A DNA stretch of 43,637 nucleotides from Candidatus Harrisonbacteria bacterium (GTDB lineage: Bacteria > Patescibacteriota > Minisyncoccia > UBA6257 > UBA11618): positions 72,835-116,471 of the forward strand of contig VGJO01000002.1 in the NCBI GenBank assembly GCA_016867415.1, in the 5' to 3' direction. The notes below the pieces were generated by a model that was given only the letters and a program-made list of their open reading frames with translations, searched no databases and had not been told where the DNA came from. A program made the position numbers and the translations under genes. Below, in pieces: positions 26,347 to 36,537 of this stretch (position 1 is the first letter of the stretch; the number at the start of each line of letters is the position of its first letter).

Positions 26347-27606
26347 TTATTTTTCTATCGTGACTCGTAATATATTTCTCGTAACATTAATCGCTGAAAA
26401 CATTGAGATTAAGACACCAATAAGAAGAGTTAACGCAAAACCTTTCACAAAACCAGTCGTAAAGTAGTAGAGAACAAGAGAAGTGATGATAGTCGTAATA
26501 TTCGAGTCCCGAATAGAAAACCAAGCTCTCCGAAAGCCTTCATCCAAAGCATTAAGCTTAGAAAGCCCTCGCTTCGATTCCTCTTTAGCTCGCTCAAAGA
26601 TGAGAATATTAGCGTCCACCGCCATCCCAATAGAAAGGATAAAACCGGCGATACCCGACAAGCTCATAGTGACGCCAAAGAGTTTTAATACTAAAAGATT
26701 AAGAACAATATAAACAAGAAGTGCTATCGAAGTCACTACTCCAAAAAACTGGTAATAAAAAATCATAAAGAGGACTACGAGAAGCGTTCCAATAAGCCCC
26801 GCCCAAAGAATTTGCCGCAACGAACTAAGGCCAAGCGAAGCGCCAATAGTTTCTTGTGACACGAGTTTTACCGGCGCCGGCAAAGCTCCTGCATTAAATC
26901 GCTCTACAATCTGCCTCGCTTCAGCGATGGTAAAATTACCGGTAATCTGCGCCTGCCCACCTGAAATCTTCTCCTGGACCGTAGGCATTTGAATCAAGCT
27001 TCCATCAAGAAAGACAGCGATCGGCTTTCCTACATTCTTTGCGGTAATTTGCTCAAAAAGAGTTGCTCCTTCGTTATCAAACTTGAGAGATATTAATGGT
27101 CGTCGCGTCACCTGATCAAAAGCAAGATTCGCTCCTTTAATATATCGGCCAGAAAGCGCCGTGGGAGCAAAATCATTTACCTCTCCTTTTTCATCTAACT
27201 TCACTTCGGAAAAAGTAAGAAGCGGCGTCTCTCCAATCTGCTGAATCGCTTTTTCCACATCTGTGATACCGGCAAGCTCGACGGTCAGCCGATCTTTATT
27301 TGCATCTTTTGTAAGATACACCTGCGGCTCCGCCACGCCAAAAAGATTTACTCGTCGCTCGATCACATCTCGAAGGCCATTTAAGACCGAGGTTCGATCT
27401 TCGCTTGCTACCGACGAAGTGTCAACCTCGTAGACCAAGTGTGCTCCCCCAATAAGATCGAGCCCCAGCCGCCATGGCCGAAAAGAAAATTGCTTATCAA
27501 AGAGACCAGGAATAATAAAGTAGAGTCCGAAGACAGTGATCACTAAAAGTCCCACGAGAAAACCAATCGGTTTATTTTTCATATGATATGAAATGTAAGC
27601 TATCAT
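26347..27606 (-). CDS. secD: Protein translocase subunit SecD
   Basis: LGLDLIGG, IERRVNLFGVAEP, AGALPAP, IGASLG, GMAVDANILIFER, IRDSN, VKGFA. Start may be 27582. Confidence 0.95.
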   Translation of the reverse strand: MIAYISYHMKNKPIGFLVGLLVITVFGLYFIIPGLFDKQFSFRPWRLGLDLIGGAHLVYEVDTSSVASEDRTSVLNGLRDVIERRVNLFGVAEPQVYLTKDANKDRLTVELAGITDVEKAIQQIGETPLLTFSEVKLDEKGEVNDFAPTALSGRYIKGANLAFDQVTRRPLISLKFDNEGATLFEQITAKNVGKPIAVFLDGSLIQMPTVQEKISGGQAQITGNFTIAEARQIVERFNAGALPAPVKLVSQETIGASLGLSSLRQILWAGLIGTLLVVLFMIFYYQFFGVVTSIALLVYIVLNLLVLKLFGVTMSLSGIAGFILSIGMAVDANILIFERAKEESKRGLSKLNALDEGFRRAWFSIRDSNITTIITSLVLYYFTTGFVKGFALTLLIGVLISMFSAINVTRNILRVTIEK

Positions 27607-27739
27607 ATTTCTTGCGAAAGTGGCAAATTCTTGTTACTATACACTCCACTTTCCTTTTGTTTTTTAAAAGATAAAATAAAAGATTCTTTAAGGAATTTTT
27701 AGGGAATTTTGAAATCAGCACAAAATACACAACGCAAAA

Positions 27740-27862
27740 AAGCGAAGTAATTTTGGAGGATTTTTCGATTTTCTTTTCGAGCAGCGAGCGGAGCATACTC
27801 CAGAAAGTCTGTGAGCACACAGCGCAGAAAAAAAATCAAAAAAGACCCAAAAATACTAGCGC
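27740..27862 (+). repeat. ERIC/RPE-like element, copy 10
   Basis: AAGCGAAGTAATTTTGG..GGAGCATACTCCAGAAAGTCTGTGAGCACACAGCGC..CCAAAAATACTAGCGC. Confidence 0.85.
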
Positions 27863-27874
27863 AAGCGCTCGCAA

Positions 27875-27952
27875 GCCCTGATAGCTCAGCCTGGTTAGAG
27901 CACCTGCCTTTTAAGCAGAGGGTCGAAGGTTCGAATCCTTCTCAGGGCACCA
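27875..27952 (+). tRNA. tRNA-Lys(TTT)
   Basis: GCCCTGA/TCAGGGC acceptor, CTTTTAA loop, GTTCGAATC, CCA end. Confidence 0.93.
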
Positions 27953-27983
27953 AAAAGAAAAAAATATGTATCCCCAGAGATCA

Positions 27984-29093
27984 TTAATCCTCTATCTCTT
28001 CTCTAAGATCATCTAAAAGTTTTTTTGCCTTTACTGAGATCTTTTTCGGCACCTTGATCTCAAAAGTGATTACCAAATCGCCTCTCTTCTTAGAAAAAGT
28101 TCCTTGGCCTAATTTCGGCATCCCTTCATGAGGCACCCGGAGTTCAGTATTTAAAGCAGTCTCCTGAGGTGATGGGACTTTAATAGTTTTTTTATCAAGA
28201 GTCTCTATGAGAAGTTCTTTCTTTAAAAGAATATCAAGAATGCTGACTGGCACCTTCACCCGCAAATCATCTCCTTCCACAGAGAAACGCGCGTGCGAGA
28301 TAAGATCAATTTTTACGTACAAATCTCCCGCCTCCGCGCCGCGAGCACCCGCCTCTCCCTCATGAGCAATCTTTATTATTTGCCCCGAATGAATTCCTGG
28401 TACAATTCGCACCAACACTTCCTTCTTCGCCTTTACTCGGCCATCTCCCGAACATTTTTTGCAAACCTTGTTAGGAATCTGACCCGTACCCTGACACCGA
28501 TCACATTCTCGAATCTGAGAAATATTGCCAAAAAATCCGCTCTTCGTTTCCCGAATATCTCCTTTCCCGCCGCACTTCTCACACTTAGTAAATCCCTCTT
28601 TAGCAAAATTTCCCGCTCCCTCACACTCGCCACACTTCACATACGTTTCATATGCCAGTTTTTTCTCAGTACCGGAAAATACCTCCTCGAGCGTAAGGAG
28701 CATTGAAGCCGAAAGATCCGCCCCTCTATGATACGTTTTCCGGCGCTTTACCCCCATTCCTTCAAAAATCCCTTCAAAAATATCCGAAAAATTTCCTAAG
28801 TCCTCAAACTGCGATGGATCAAACTGGAAACCAAATCCATTTTGAGAAAAACCAAAGCCACTGGGATTAAATCCCGCTCCTTGAGAAAAAGCCCCAGAGC
28901 CAAACTGATCATATTGCCGGCGCTTATCCACGCTCGAAAGTATCTGATAGGCCTCATTCACCTCCTTAAATCGAGCCTCATTCCCTCCCGGTCGATCTGG
29001 ATGATACTGATGCGCTAGCCTTCGAAAAGCCTTTTTAATATCATCTGGGCTAGCTGCCTTATCAACTCCTAAAATTTTATAATAATCCTTCAT
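27984..29093 (-). CDS. dnaJ: Chaperone DnaJ
   Basis: J domain with HPD, G/F-rich region, four CxxCxGxG repeats. Confidence 0.97.
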   Translation of the reverse strand: MKDYYKILGVDKAASPDDIKKAFRRLAHQYHPDRPGGNEARFKEVNEAYQILSSVDKRRQYDQFGSGAFSQGAGFNPSGFGFSQNGFGFQFDPSQFEDLGNFSDIFEGIFEGMGVKRRKTYHRGADLSASMLLTLEEVFSGTEKKLAYETYVKCGECEGAGNFAKEGFTKCEKCGGKGDIRETKSGFFGNISQIRECDRCQGTGQIPNKVCKKCSGDGRVKAKKEVLVRIVPGIHSGQIIKIAHEGEAGARGAEAGDLYVKIDLISHARFSVEGDDLRVKVPVSILDILLKKELLIETLDKKTIKVPSPQETALNTELRVPHEGMPKLGQGTFSKKRGDLVITFEIKVPKKISVKAKKLLDDLREEIED

Positions 29094-29111
29094 TTAATTG
29101 ACAAAATTTTT

Positions 29112-30041
29112 CTAAATGGATACTACCTCCTTATCTACTTTAGTGACGCTAATATACATAAACTTGGTCCAAAAAAGCAACTTTACGAGTACATACCCTA
29201 AAAGCCCGATTAAAAAGTGAAAAAGAAAGGCAAATCCCGAAAAAAAGAGAAAGGCGAGCACTCCAAGCCACGCCACACCCGTCTCCTTGATTTGATCCGG
29301 CGCTTTCTTGAGTGCGCCATTGATCATTAAGGATACCGTCTCCGAAATCGTCCGCGAATAATCAATCTGCCGCTCCGCCACACTCGAAAATGCCTGCCGG
29401 AGATTTTCCGACGTTCCTGAGACATCCGCTCTCGGCCCGTACACCCGCGCCACAAAGTTAGGCAAGAAATCTTTGAGTCGCAAGTCCGGTGAAAATTCCG
29501 GCATAAATCGGGAGATACTTGGTGAAAGCGGGGAAAGAATCGTTTCAATCGCCGATGGCGACACCTCAGTCTTTGTAAGCGAAATCCCCGAGACATAAAT
29601 CCCAATCACAAAAATCAAATTTCCCAAAAATAATGCCGGGGTCACGCTCCGCGAAAAGTCAAAAAAATCAAAAGTTATTTGCCGATTAAGCACTCGTCGA
29701 GTCGCGTAGGCCGCATAGATGAGAGTCAATAAAAATACCCCCGCCGCGCCAAAAAACATTCCCGGTCGATAGAGTGGAAATCCCGCCGTCCCAAAAAAGA
29801 AAAATGTCCAAAAATAAAGCGCCGCGAGCGGCAAGGTGTAGCGAAAATCTTTAAGACACAAAAATCCGATCCCTAAAATAGCGACCGAAAGCATGGCCAC
29901 TAGGCCTGCAAGAGAGACCAAGTCCAGTCGAGAATAAAATGCCGCCTGCTCAAACAGATACCCAAAAACCCCCGCCATCCCCGCGGTCAAAAGATAAATA
30001 ACAAGAATTTTCCACCGTGCTTTTTCCATATTCACCTGCAT
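29112..30041 (-). CDS. Hypothetical multi-TM membrane protein
   Basis: About 7 hydrophobic segments; lies between dnaK and dnaJ. Confidence 0.75.
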   Translation of the reverse strand: MQVNMEKARWKILVIYLLTAGMAGVFGYLFEQAAFYSRLDLVSLAGLVAMLSVAILGIGFLCLKDFRYTLPLAALYFWTFFFFGTAGFPLYRPGMFFGAAGVFLLTLIYAAYATRRVLNRQITFDFFDFSRSVTPALFLGNLIFVIGIYVSGISLTKTEVSPSAIETILSPLSPSISRFMPEFSPDLRLKDFLPNFVARVYGPRADVSGTSENLRQAFSSVAERQIDYSRTISETVSLMINGALKKAPDQIKETGVAWLGVLAFLFFSGFAFLFHFLIGLLGYVLVKLLFWTKFMYISVTKVDKEVVSI

Positions 30042-30084
30042 ACTTTTATTTTACCAAATTTTTTTATCCCCTTCCCTTGTTCCA

Positions 30085-30111
30085 GTCATTCCAGACTCCG
30101 ATCTGGAATCT
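30085..30111. repeat. dRS3/REP-like solo palindrome
   Basis: GTCATTCCAGA-CTCCGA-TCTGGAATCT. Confidence 0.5.
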
Positions 30112-30174
30112 ATAAAAAATTCTTTACTCCTTCCCTTTCTAGATTATAAAAAACCTTATTTTACTTATTATTTA

Positions 30175-30193
30175 TCCTGAGTGTACCGAAGGA
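30175..30193. repeat. REP-like mini-hairpin
   Basis: TCCTGAG-TGTAC-CGAAGGA with G.A mismatches. Confidence 0.35.
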
Positions 30194-30279
30194 CTTGACA
30201 CATCTATTTTTAGGTAATCAACTTTTTCTCTTTTTAGGAGATCAATAATGACTTCCGTTCTTAAAAGTCTGGATCTGCG

Positions 30280-30307
30280 AAAACTCCGGGCCACCCCGGA
30301 GTTTTTT
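30280..30307 (-). terminator. Terminator after dnaK
   Basis: AAAACTCCGG-N6-CCGGAGTTTT, 10 nt past the stop. Confidence 0.8.
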
Positions 30308-30316
30308 CTTATCTTT

Positions 30317-32182
30317 TTAATTCGTTTGATTTTCCCCTTCCTGTGGCGGCTGCTCTGGTGTCGGTCCTTCTTTAGCCTGCTGATCCTTATACATCAGTTC
30401 CCCAATCTTCTGGCTCGCGGCGAGTACTCCCTCAATCTCTTTTTTTATGACCTCCATATCTCCCCCATCCTTCACCTGCCTGAGTGACTGGAGCTTCGCC
30501 TCCACATCAGTCTTCACGCTCGCCTCCACCTTATCGCCATACTCCTTAAGCGCCTTCTCCGTTGAGTAGATCAGAGTCTCCGCTTGATTACGGATTTCAG
30601 TCAGTTCCCGCTTCTTCTTATCTTCCGTAGCATGAAGCTCCGCTTCTTTTTTAAGCCGCTCCACATCCTCTTTCGAGAGATTAGACGACGCCTCAATCCG
30701 CACCGACTGACTCTTCCCCGAAGCCTTATCCTTCGCCGAAACGGAAAGAATACCGTTCGCATCAATATCAAAGGCCACCTCTACCTGCGGCACGCCCCGC
30801 GGCGCGGGCGGAATTCCTTCGAGAATAAATCGGCCAAGCTCCTTGTTGTCCGCCGCCATCTCGCGCTCTCCCTGCAATATGCGGATCTCCACCGAAGTCT
30901 GCGAATCTGCCGCCGTCGAAAAAACCTGCGTCTTCGCAGTCGGTATGGTCGTATTTTTTTCTATAAGCTTAGTAAATACTCCTCCTAAAGTTTCGATACC
31001 GAGAGATAAAGGGGTCACATCAAGAAGGAGTACATCCTTCACATCTCCCTGCAAAATTCCCGCTTGGATAGCGGCTCCAATCGCCACCACCTCGTCCGGA
31101 TTAATATCCCGATGCGGCTCTTTGCCAAACGCTTCTTTTACCAGTCGCTGGATGAGCGGCATTCTCGTCTGCCCACCCACCATCACAATTTCATTAATGT
31201 CCGAAATTTGGAATCCCGCCTCCTTCACTACCTGCAGAGTAATCTCAATCGATCGCTTCACCTCCACTCCTACCAAATCTTCCAGCTTCGCCCGACTCAG
31301 TTTGAAGAGCAGATGTTTAGGTCCTGAAGCATCGGAAGTGATATAAGGAAGATTAATTTCCGTCTCCTGAGAAGTAGAAAGTTCATGTTTCGCCCGCTCA
31401 CCCGCCTCGCGCAAGCGCTGCATCGCGAGTGGATCCTTCGAGATATCCACCCCCTCCTGCTTCATGTACTCCGCGGCTACATAATCATTGATCTTCTTGT
31501 CAAAATCATCCCCGCCAAGGTGCGTGTCTCCTCCCGTGGCTTTCACCTCCACCGTATTGTCCCCGATCTCGAGCACTGATACGTCAAATGTCCCTCCGCC
31601 AAAGTCATACACGACAATCTTTTCATTCTTCTGCCGATCCATACCATAGGCAAGAGCCGCCGCCGTCGGCTCATTGATGATCCGGCGTACGGTAAAGCCG
31701 GCAATCTCACCCGCATTCTTTGTCGCCTGCCGCTGACTGTCATCAAAATATGCCGGTACGGTAATAATCACCTCGGTAATTGTCTCGCCAATCTTTGCCT
31801 CCGCATCCGCCTTGAGCTTCTGGAGAACCATCGCCGAGATTTCCTCCGGCTTATACCAATTTTCTCCCATCTTCACCTCCACGCCCCCCGTCGCCGTCTC
31901 GCGAATATCATAGGGCAGCCACTTTTTATCCGACTGCACCTCCGCATCCGAAAATTTCCGGCCAATCAACCGTTTGATCGAGTAGAGCGTATTCTTTGGA
32001 TTAGTGATCGACTGCCGCTTGCCCAAAAGTCCCACGAGCCGCTCATTATTTTTATTGAGCGCCACAATCGAGGGCGTCGTCCGATTCCCCTCCTGATTTT
32101 CCAAAACGCGTGGTTGCCCCGCCTCCACGATCGCCATCGCCGAATTAGTTGTTCCTAAGTCAATTCCTAATATTTTTGCCAT
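30317..32182 (-). CDS. dnaK: Chaperone DnaK
   Basis: [49 protein letters not shown]. Confidence 0.98.
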   Translation of the reverse strand: MAKILGIDLGTTNSAMAIVEAGQPRVLENQEGNRTTPSIVALNKNNERLVGLLGKRQSITNPKNTLYSIKRLIGRKFSDAEVQSDKKWLPYDIRETATGGVEVKMGENWYKPEEISAMVLQKLKADAEAKIGETITEVIITVPAYFDDSQRQATKNAGEIAGFTVRRIINEPTAAALAYGMDRQKNEKIVVYDFGGGTFDVSVLEIGDNTVEVKATGGDTHLGGDDFDKKINDYVAAEYMKQEGVDISKDPLAMQRLREAGERAKHELSTSQETEINLPYITSDASGPKHLLFKLSRAKLEDLVGVEVKRSIEITLQVVKEAGFQISDINEIVMVGGQTRMPLIQRLVKEAFGKEPHRDINPDEVVAIGAAIQAGILQGDVKDVLLLDVTPLSLGIETLGGVFTKLIEKNTTIPTAKTQVFSTAADSQTSVEIRILQGEREMAADNKELGRFILEGIPPAPRGVPQVEVAFDIDANGILSVSAKDKASGKSQSVRIEASSNLSKEDVERLKKEAELHATEDKKKRELTEIRNQAETLIYSTEKALKEYGDKVEASVKTDVEAKLQSLRQVKDGGDMEVIKKEIEGVLAASQKIGELMYKDQQAKEGPTPEQPPQEGENQTN

Positions 32183-32242
32183 ATGTTTGAAATAAATACG
32201 TTAAAAATTGTAATGAGAAATTTGAAATGAATCAATAAATAA

Positions 32243-32743
32243 TCATTCGGAGACTTTCACCCTCGCCGGCCGGATCACTTTCTCTCCCATCCGATAGCCA
32301 GAGTCCAATATCTCAACAATAGTATCCGAAGGTCCCTCTGTCTTTACCACCCCTACGGCTTCCTGAAGTACCGGATTAAAGACTTCTCCGATCTTCGCCT
32401 CGATTCTCTCTACCCCGCTTCTTTTAAAAACCTCAGTCAGTTGCGCCTTAATCATCTCCACCCCCCGCACCACTTCCCGATCGGCGGTTTTAGTGATAGC
32501 AAGAAGCGCTAATTCAAAACTATCTAGCACTGTAATAAGTTCCCGGATTAGTCCTTCACTCATCATCCGCCCAAGATGCTCGACTCGCTCGGCCTCTTCC
32601 CGCTGATAATTAACAAAATCCGCCTTTGCCCGTTTCCAACCATTCAGATATTCCTGGTTCTTGTCTTCTAATTCAATCACTTTCTTCTTTAAATCCTCAA
32701 GTTCTTTGGAAAAATCATCCTGATTATGTACTACTTCGTCCAT
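32243..32743 (-). CDS. grpE: Nucleotide exchange factor GrpE
   Basis: WKRAKADFVNYQR, FNPVLQEAV, GY....VIRPARVKV. Confidence 0.93.
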   Translation of the reverse strand: MDEVVHNQDDFSKELEDLKKKVIELEDKNQEYLNGWKRAKADFVNYQREEAERVEHLGRMMSEGLIRELITVLDSFELALLAITKTADREVVRGVEMIKAQLTEVFKRSGVERIEAKIGEVFNPVLQEAVGVVKTEGPSDTIVEILDSGYRMGEKVIRPARVKVSE

Positions 32744-32887
32744 ATGTAATAAGAAAAAAATAATAACACATTTTTATTTATGATACTAGTAAATAAAAAC
32801 CTGCCTCTACATTCCTCTCTCTCACTGAAAAAATGCAAAAAGCAGGTTAAGCCGCTCCCTTGCGAAAACGACTACATTCTCTTAACC

Positions 32888-33292
32888 CTACCACCACTGC
32901 GAACGACATCGCCTCGGAAAACCTAAAAAAGGTTGTGGCTGAAGCCAGGGCATCTGTGGCGGACACCTCGGCTGTTGTTGCCACAATCCACATTGAGTCT
33001 GTTGAAAGCCTCCCCAGCCCATATCTCCATTCCATTGAGGCGGCATCCCACCCCATCCACCCATTTGATAATTAGGCTGCTGATAGAAATAAGGCTGACA
33101 GGGCGAATAACTGCCATATCCTCCAAGAAATCCACCACCACCAAAAGAAGATGGCGATCCGGTCTGGATCTGATATGGAATTGCTCTAATAGATTGAATG
33201 GTTTGTGCCACAATCTGCGTAATGAGCGGCGCCCCACCAAACAAGAGAAAAATAAACCCCCAAAACCACGGACTCTTGAAGACATTCCCCAT
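32888..33292 (-). CDS. Small membrane-anchored G/Q/P/W/Y-rich low-complexity protein
   Basis: N-terminal hydrophobic helix then a low-complexity tail; near-consensus promoter upstream. Confidence 0.6.
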   Translation of the reverse strand: MGNVFKSPWFWGFIFLLFGGAPLITQIVAQTIQSIRAIPYQIQTGSPSSFGGGGFLGGYGSYSPCQPYFYQQPNYQMGGWGGMPPQWNGDMGWGGFQQTQCGLWQQQPRCPPQMPWLQPQPFLGFPRRCRSQWW

Positions 33293-33375
33293 TGCTTTTT
33301 TCCCTCCTTTTCCTTGGTATGTGATTCTCTAGTTTCCCTGCGCGTGCAAGAGAATAAATTCAAAGTACATTTGTA

Positions 33376-33404
33376 AGTATAGCACCTTATAAAAACTTTG
33401 TCAA
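33376..33404 (-). promoter_or_regulatory. Near-consensus sigma70 promoter
   Basis: TTGACA-17 bp-TATACT on the minus strand. Confidence 0.8.
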
Positions 33405-33441
33405 AGAAAATTAAAAAGATTCAAAGATCATTAGTCATTAA

Positions 33442-33472
33442 TGCAAAACCGCCCCCGGGGGGCGGTTTTGCA
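33442..33472. terminator. GC-rich, almost loopless palindrome downstream of recR
   Basis: TGCAAAACCGCCCCC/GGGGGGCGGTTTTGCA. Confidence 0.6.
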
Positions 33473-33562
33473 AAACATATAACAGTGAGTCACCTGAACT
33501 CTCACCAATTACAGAATACCAAAAGTAAAAATATGCCGTCAACCAAGTTATCCACAGAAAAA

Positions 33563-34156
33563 TCACCGCCTGTTTTTCAAAGAATGTGCCAAAGTATCTG
33601 GATCCGCAAACTCAATCTCTCCTCCCGTCGGTAGTCCTCGGCCCAATCGAGTAATTTTCTTTGTATGACTTTTCGCATACTCTTCTATCCGTTCTGCTGC
33701 AAGCTCTCCATACATGGTCTGATTGACCGCAATAATTATTTCCAAAGCTCCTCCTCGTTCTTTAAGAAACGACAGAAGTGAATTAAGTCGAATTTTTTGC
33801 TCAATTGAAAGTTCTGAGTCCCGCCTCACTTCTCCCAAAATCAAATATCGTCCTCGGTATATCTGCGCCTTCTCAATCGACAAGGCATCCGTCTCTCGCT
33901 CCACAATAGTCACTGTCAGCTGATCCCGAGTCTCATCCCCGCAAATAGCACAAAAAGCTCCTTCTCGTTCATGAGTAAGAAAGCACTGCGTGCACGTCCG
34001 CAATTCGGTAAGACGCAGTATTGCTCGAGCCAATTCCGTAATCCTCACCTTTCCTAATGAACTAATAAAATAAGCAATCCGCAAAGCCTGCCTTGGCCCA
34101 ATCCCCGGCAGTTCCTGCAACGCTTCCTGAAGTCTCCTAAGCGGCTCACTCACCAT
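33563..34156 (-). CDS. recR: Recombination protein RecR
   Basis: LPGIGPRQA, C4 zinc finger, TOPRIM (IVERETD), ITRLGRGLPTGGEIEFAD..TL..SL..RR. Confidence 0.93.
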   Translation of the reverse strand: MVSEPLRRLQEALQELPGIGPRQALRIAYFISSLGKVRITELARAILRLTELRTCTQCFLTHEREGAFCAICGDETRDQLTVTIVERETDALSIEKAQIYRGRYLILGEVRRDSELSIEQKIRLNSLLSFLKERGGALEIIIAVNQTMYGELAAERIEEYAKSHTKKITRLGRGLPTGGEIEFADPDTLAHSLKNRR

Positions 34157-34267
34157 AATTACTGATTATATAATTTCACATGAACCTTTGTCAGTCCCAC
34201 AAAGTAATCTTAGAAAAAAATAAATACAATTTATTAAAACAATATTAAGTAGATATTAATGGCAATT

Positions 34268-34390
34268 CCGCGAAGTAATTTTGGAAGATTTTTTGATTTT
34301 CTTTTTAAATAGTGAAGGAAACAATACTGGACTAAGTCTGTGAGCACGCAGCGCAGAAAAAAATAGAAAAAAACCCAAAAGTAAGAGCGT
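34268..34390 (+). repeat. ERIC/RPE-like element, copy 11
   Basis: CCGCGAAGTAATTTTGG..ATACTGGACTAAGTCTGTGAGCACGCAGCGC..CCAAAAGTAAGAGCGT. Confidence 0.8.
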
Positions 34391-34397
34391 CTTCTCG

Positions 34398-35765
34398 CTA
34401 AAAACCGTGTGTTGGAGAGCTCGACACCGCCCCATGAAACTTATCAATCTCCCGAAAAGAAACCTGATCCTTATGAAATTTAAGATCTACCGTCCCTAAG
34501 GGTCCATTGCGGTGCTTTGCAATAATGATCTGAGTCGTATTTTCCTCTGTCGGATCTGGATTGATCTTATCCCGATCCGGCCGGTAGATAAACATCACCA
34601 CATCTGCATCCTGCTCAATTGATCCTGAATCACGCAAGTCCGAGAGCTTTGGTATTCGGACTTCCCGCTGCTCCACCGCACGCGAAAGCTGTGCCAAAGC
34701 AAGAATTGGCACATTAAGCTCTCTTGCAATCCCTTTAAGTCCTCGCGACACCTCAGTTATCTGCGCCACCACGTTATCGCTATCCGTCCGCGGCTTAACA
34801 AGTTGTAGATAATCTACTATAAGAAGCGACAATCCATGCTCGATCTGCAATCGGCGCGCCATGCTTCGCATCTGAAGAATGGTCGGGCTTGGCGTATCAT
34901 CAATATAAATCGGCACTCCATGAAGTTTATCCAAAGCCATTTGAATGAGTTCAAAATCATGTTCGGTTCTAAGTTGCCCAGTCCGAAGCTGCCACAAAGG
35001 CACGCCTGCGACGGAAGAAACAATTCGGTCATAGACCTGATCCTTGCTCATTTCAAGAGAAAAAATTCCCACTGGTTTTTTTTCCAAAAGCGCCACGTTC
35101 CGAGCCACGTCCAGCGCAAAAGTTGTCTTTCCGACCGACGGTCGCGCCCCCAGAATGACTAAATCCGATGGTTGCAAACCAGAAAGCAAACCATCAATCC
35201 CAGAAAAACCCGTGGGCACGCCTCGGAATCTTCCTTCCCCGCTATGTAATCGCTCAATTCTTTCATATACCCCATGAAGCTCTTCAGAAATAGAAGAAAA
35301 CCGGTGCGTCACCGACCGCTGCGAAATAGCAAAAATTTTCTGCTCCACACTATCCAAAATCGTCTCCACCTCATCCTTTGGATGAAAAGCTACCTCCTGC
35401 GTCTCCGCTCCCAAAGTAATCAAGTCTCGTAAAGTCTTCTTATCCTTGACAATCTTCGCGTAGTGCTCAACGTGTGCTGTTGTCGGCACTCGCTCAAGCA
35501 GGTCAGAAATAAAAACCGCTCCTCCCACTTCCTCGAGCCACCCTCGCTCTTTGAGACCATTCGTGACCGAAAGCGCATCCACTGGCTCCCCTTTTTCCGT
35601 GAGTCGCAAAATAACCTCAAAAATTTTATTATGGATTGGCTTATAAAAATCCCCCAATTGAATAAAATCAAAGACCTTCAAAATCGCTTCCTTATCGAGC
35701 ATCATCGCCCCTAAGACCGATTCCTCCGCCTCAATAGATTGTGGTGGGATCCGAAGAGTCGCCAT
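34398..35765 (-). CDS. dnaB: Replicative DNA helicase
   Basis: PPQSIEAEESVLG, GARPSVGKT, VDYLQL, LAQLSR, LSDLRDSGSIEQDAD, IAKHRNGP. ATG 35765 preferred. Confidence 0.97.
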   Translation of the reverse strand: MATLRIPPQSIEAEESVLGAMMLDKEAILKVFDFIQLGDFYKPIHNKIFEVILRLTEKGEPVDALSVTNGLKERGWLEEVGGAVFISDLLERVPTTAHVEHYAKIVKDKKTLRDLITLGAETQEVAFHPKDEVETILDSVEQKIFAISQRSVTHRFSSISEELHGVYERIERLHSGEGRFRGVPTGFSGIDGLLSGLQPSDLVILGARPSVGKTTFALDVARNVALLEKKPVGIFSLEMSKDQVYDRIVSSVAGVPLWQLRTGQLRTEHDFELIQMALDKLHGVPIYIDDTPSPTILQMRSMARRLQIEHGLSLLIVDYLQLVKPRTDSDNVVAQITEVSRGLKGIARELNVPILALAQLSRAVEQREVRIPKLSDLRDSGSIEQDADVVMFIYRPDRDKINPDPTEENTTQIIIAKHRNGPLGTVDLKFHKDQVSFREIDKFHGAVSSSPTHGF

Positions 35766-35891
35766 TGTCCCACCATTATCCTCCCCCAAAATAATTCCCG
35801 CAAGATTGACAATCCGATTAATAAAAATCCCAGGTAATGTATTCCCCGGGATAAAAAAGAAAAGAATTGAAATTTACTGAAAAAGATCAGC

Positions 35892-36203
35892 TTATACCAC
35901 AGAGGTAATCTCTATCTCAGTCTGCCACTGCCGATGTCCTTTCTTCGTCGCCCGTCTCGTCTTTGAGCTATATTTATAAACAATCAATTTCTTCGCCCGA
36001 TCAGTTTTCACAATTTTCCCGGTCACCTTCACTCCGGAGACATATGGCTTCCCTACCTCCACTCGATCCCCATCCACTAAAAGCAATACTTTATCAAAAA
36101 TAACCTCCGCTCCCGAGTCCCCTGCAATCTTCTCAATTTTTATTTTCTTTTGAGGCTCCACTCGATACTGCTTTCCTCCCGCCTCGATTACCGCGTACTT
36201 CAT
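35892..36203 (-). CDS. rplU: 50S ribosomal protein bL21
   Basis: MKYAVIEAGGKQYRV..GKPYV..KGHRQWQT. Confidence 0.96.
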   Translation of the reverse strand: MKYAVIEAGGKQYRVEPQKKIKIEKIAGDSGAEVIFDKVLLLVDGDRVEVGKPYVSGVKVTGKIVKTDRAKKLIVYKYSSKTRRATKKGHRQWQTEIEITSVV

Positions 36204-36207
36204 GAAT

Positions 36208-36537
36208 TTAATTAACGCTAATGATAACAAAAACTTGAATAAATAGCAAGATCACCAGAAGAAAACTCGTAACTCCCAAAAATAAGCTTAAAATCCGCTC
36301 TCGAAAGTAGCAAAAAAAGGCTAAACCCAAGTTAAGGATACTGAGCCCCAACCCCATTATTGCCATCTCATAGAGCAAATTTCGAGAAGAAAGGAAAGTC
36401 ACATCGGATCGCTGTTTAAAATAAACAAGCAGTAGTCCCGAAATGTCCTGCAAATACACGAAAAGAAATCCAAAAACAAAAAGAAGCACCGCCGCCGCCC
36501 CTAAAAACCAATAAAAAAATTTTGGATATCCCAACAT
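36208..36537 (-). CDS. Small 3-TM membrane protein
   Basis: Three hydrophobic segments; abuts rplU. Confidence 0.65.
   Translation of the reverse strand: MLGYPKFFYWFLGAAAVLLFVFGFLFVYLQDISGLLLVYFKQRSDVTFLSSRNLLYEMAIMGLGLSILNLGLAFFCYFRERILSLFLGVTSFLLVILLFIQVFVIISVN

Noticed and set aside
32743-33400. CIRCE/hrcA control of grpE-dnaK-dnaJ
   Set aside because: No TTAGCACTC-N9-GAGTGCTAA upstream and no hrcA in the window
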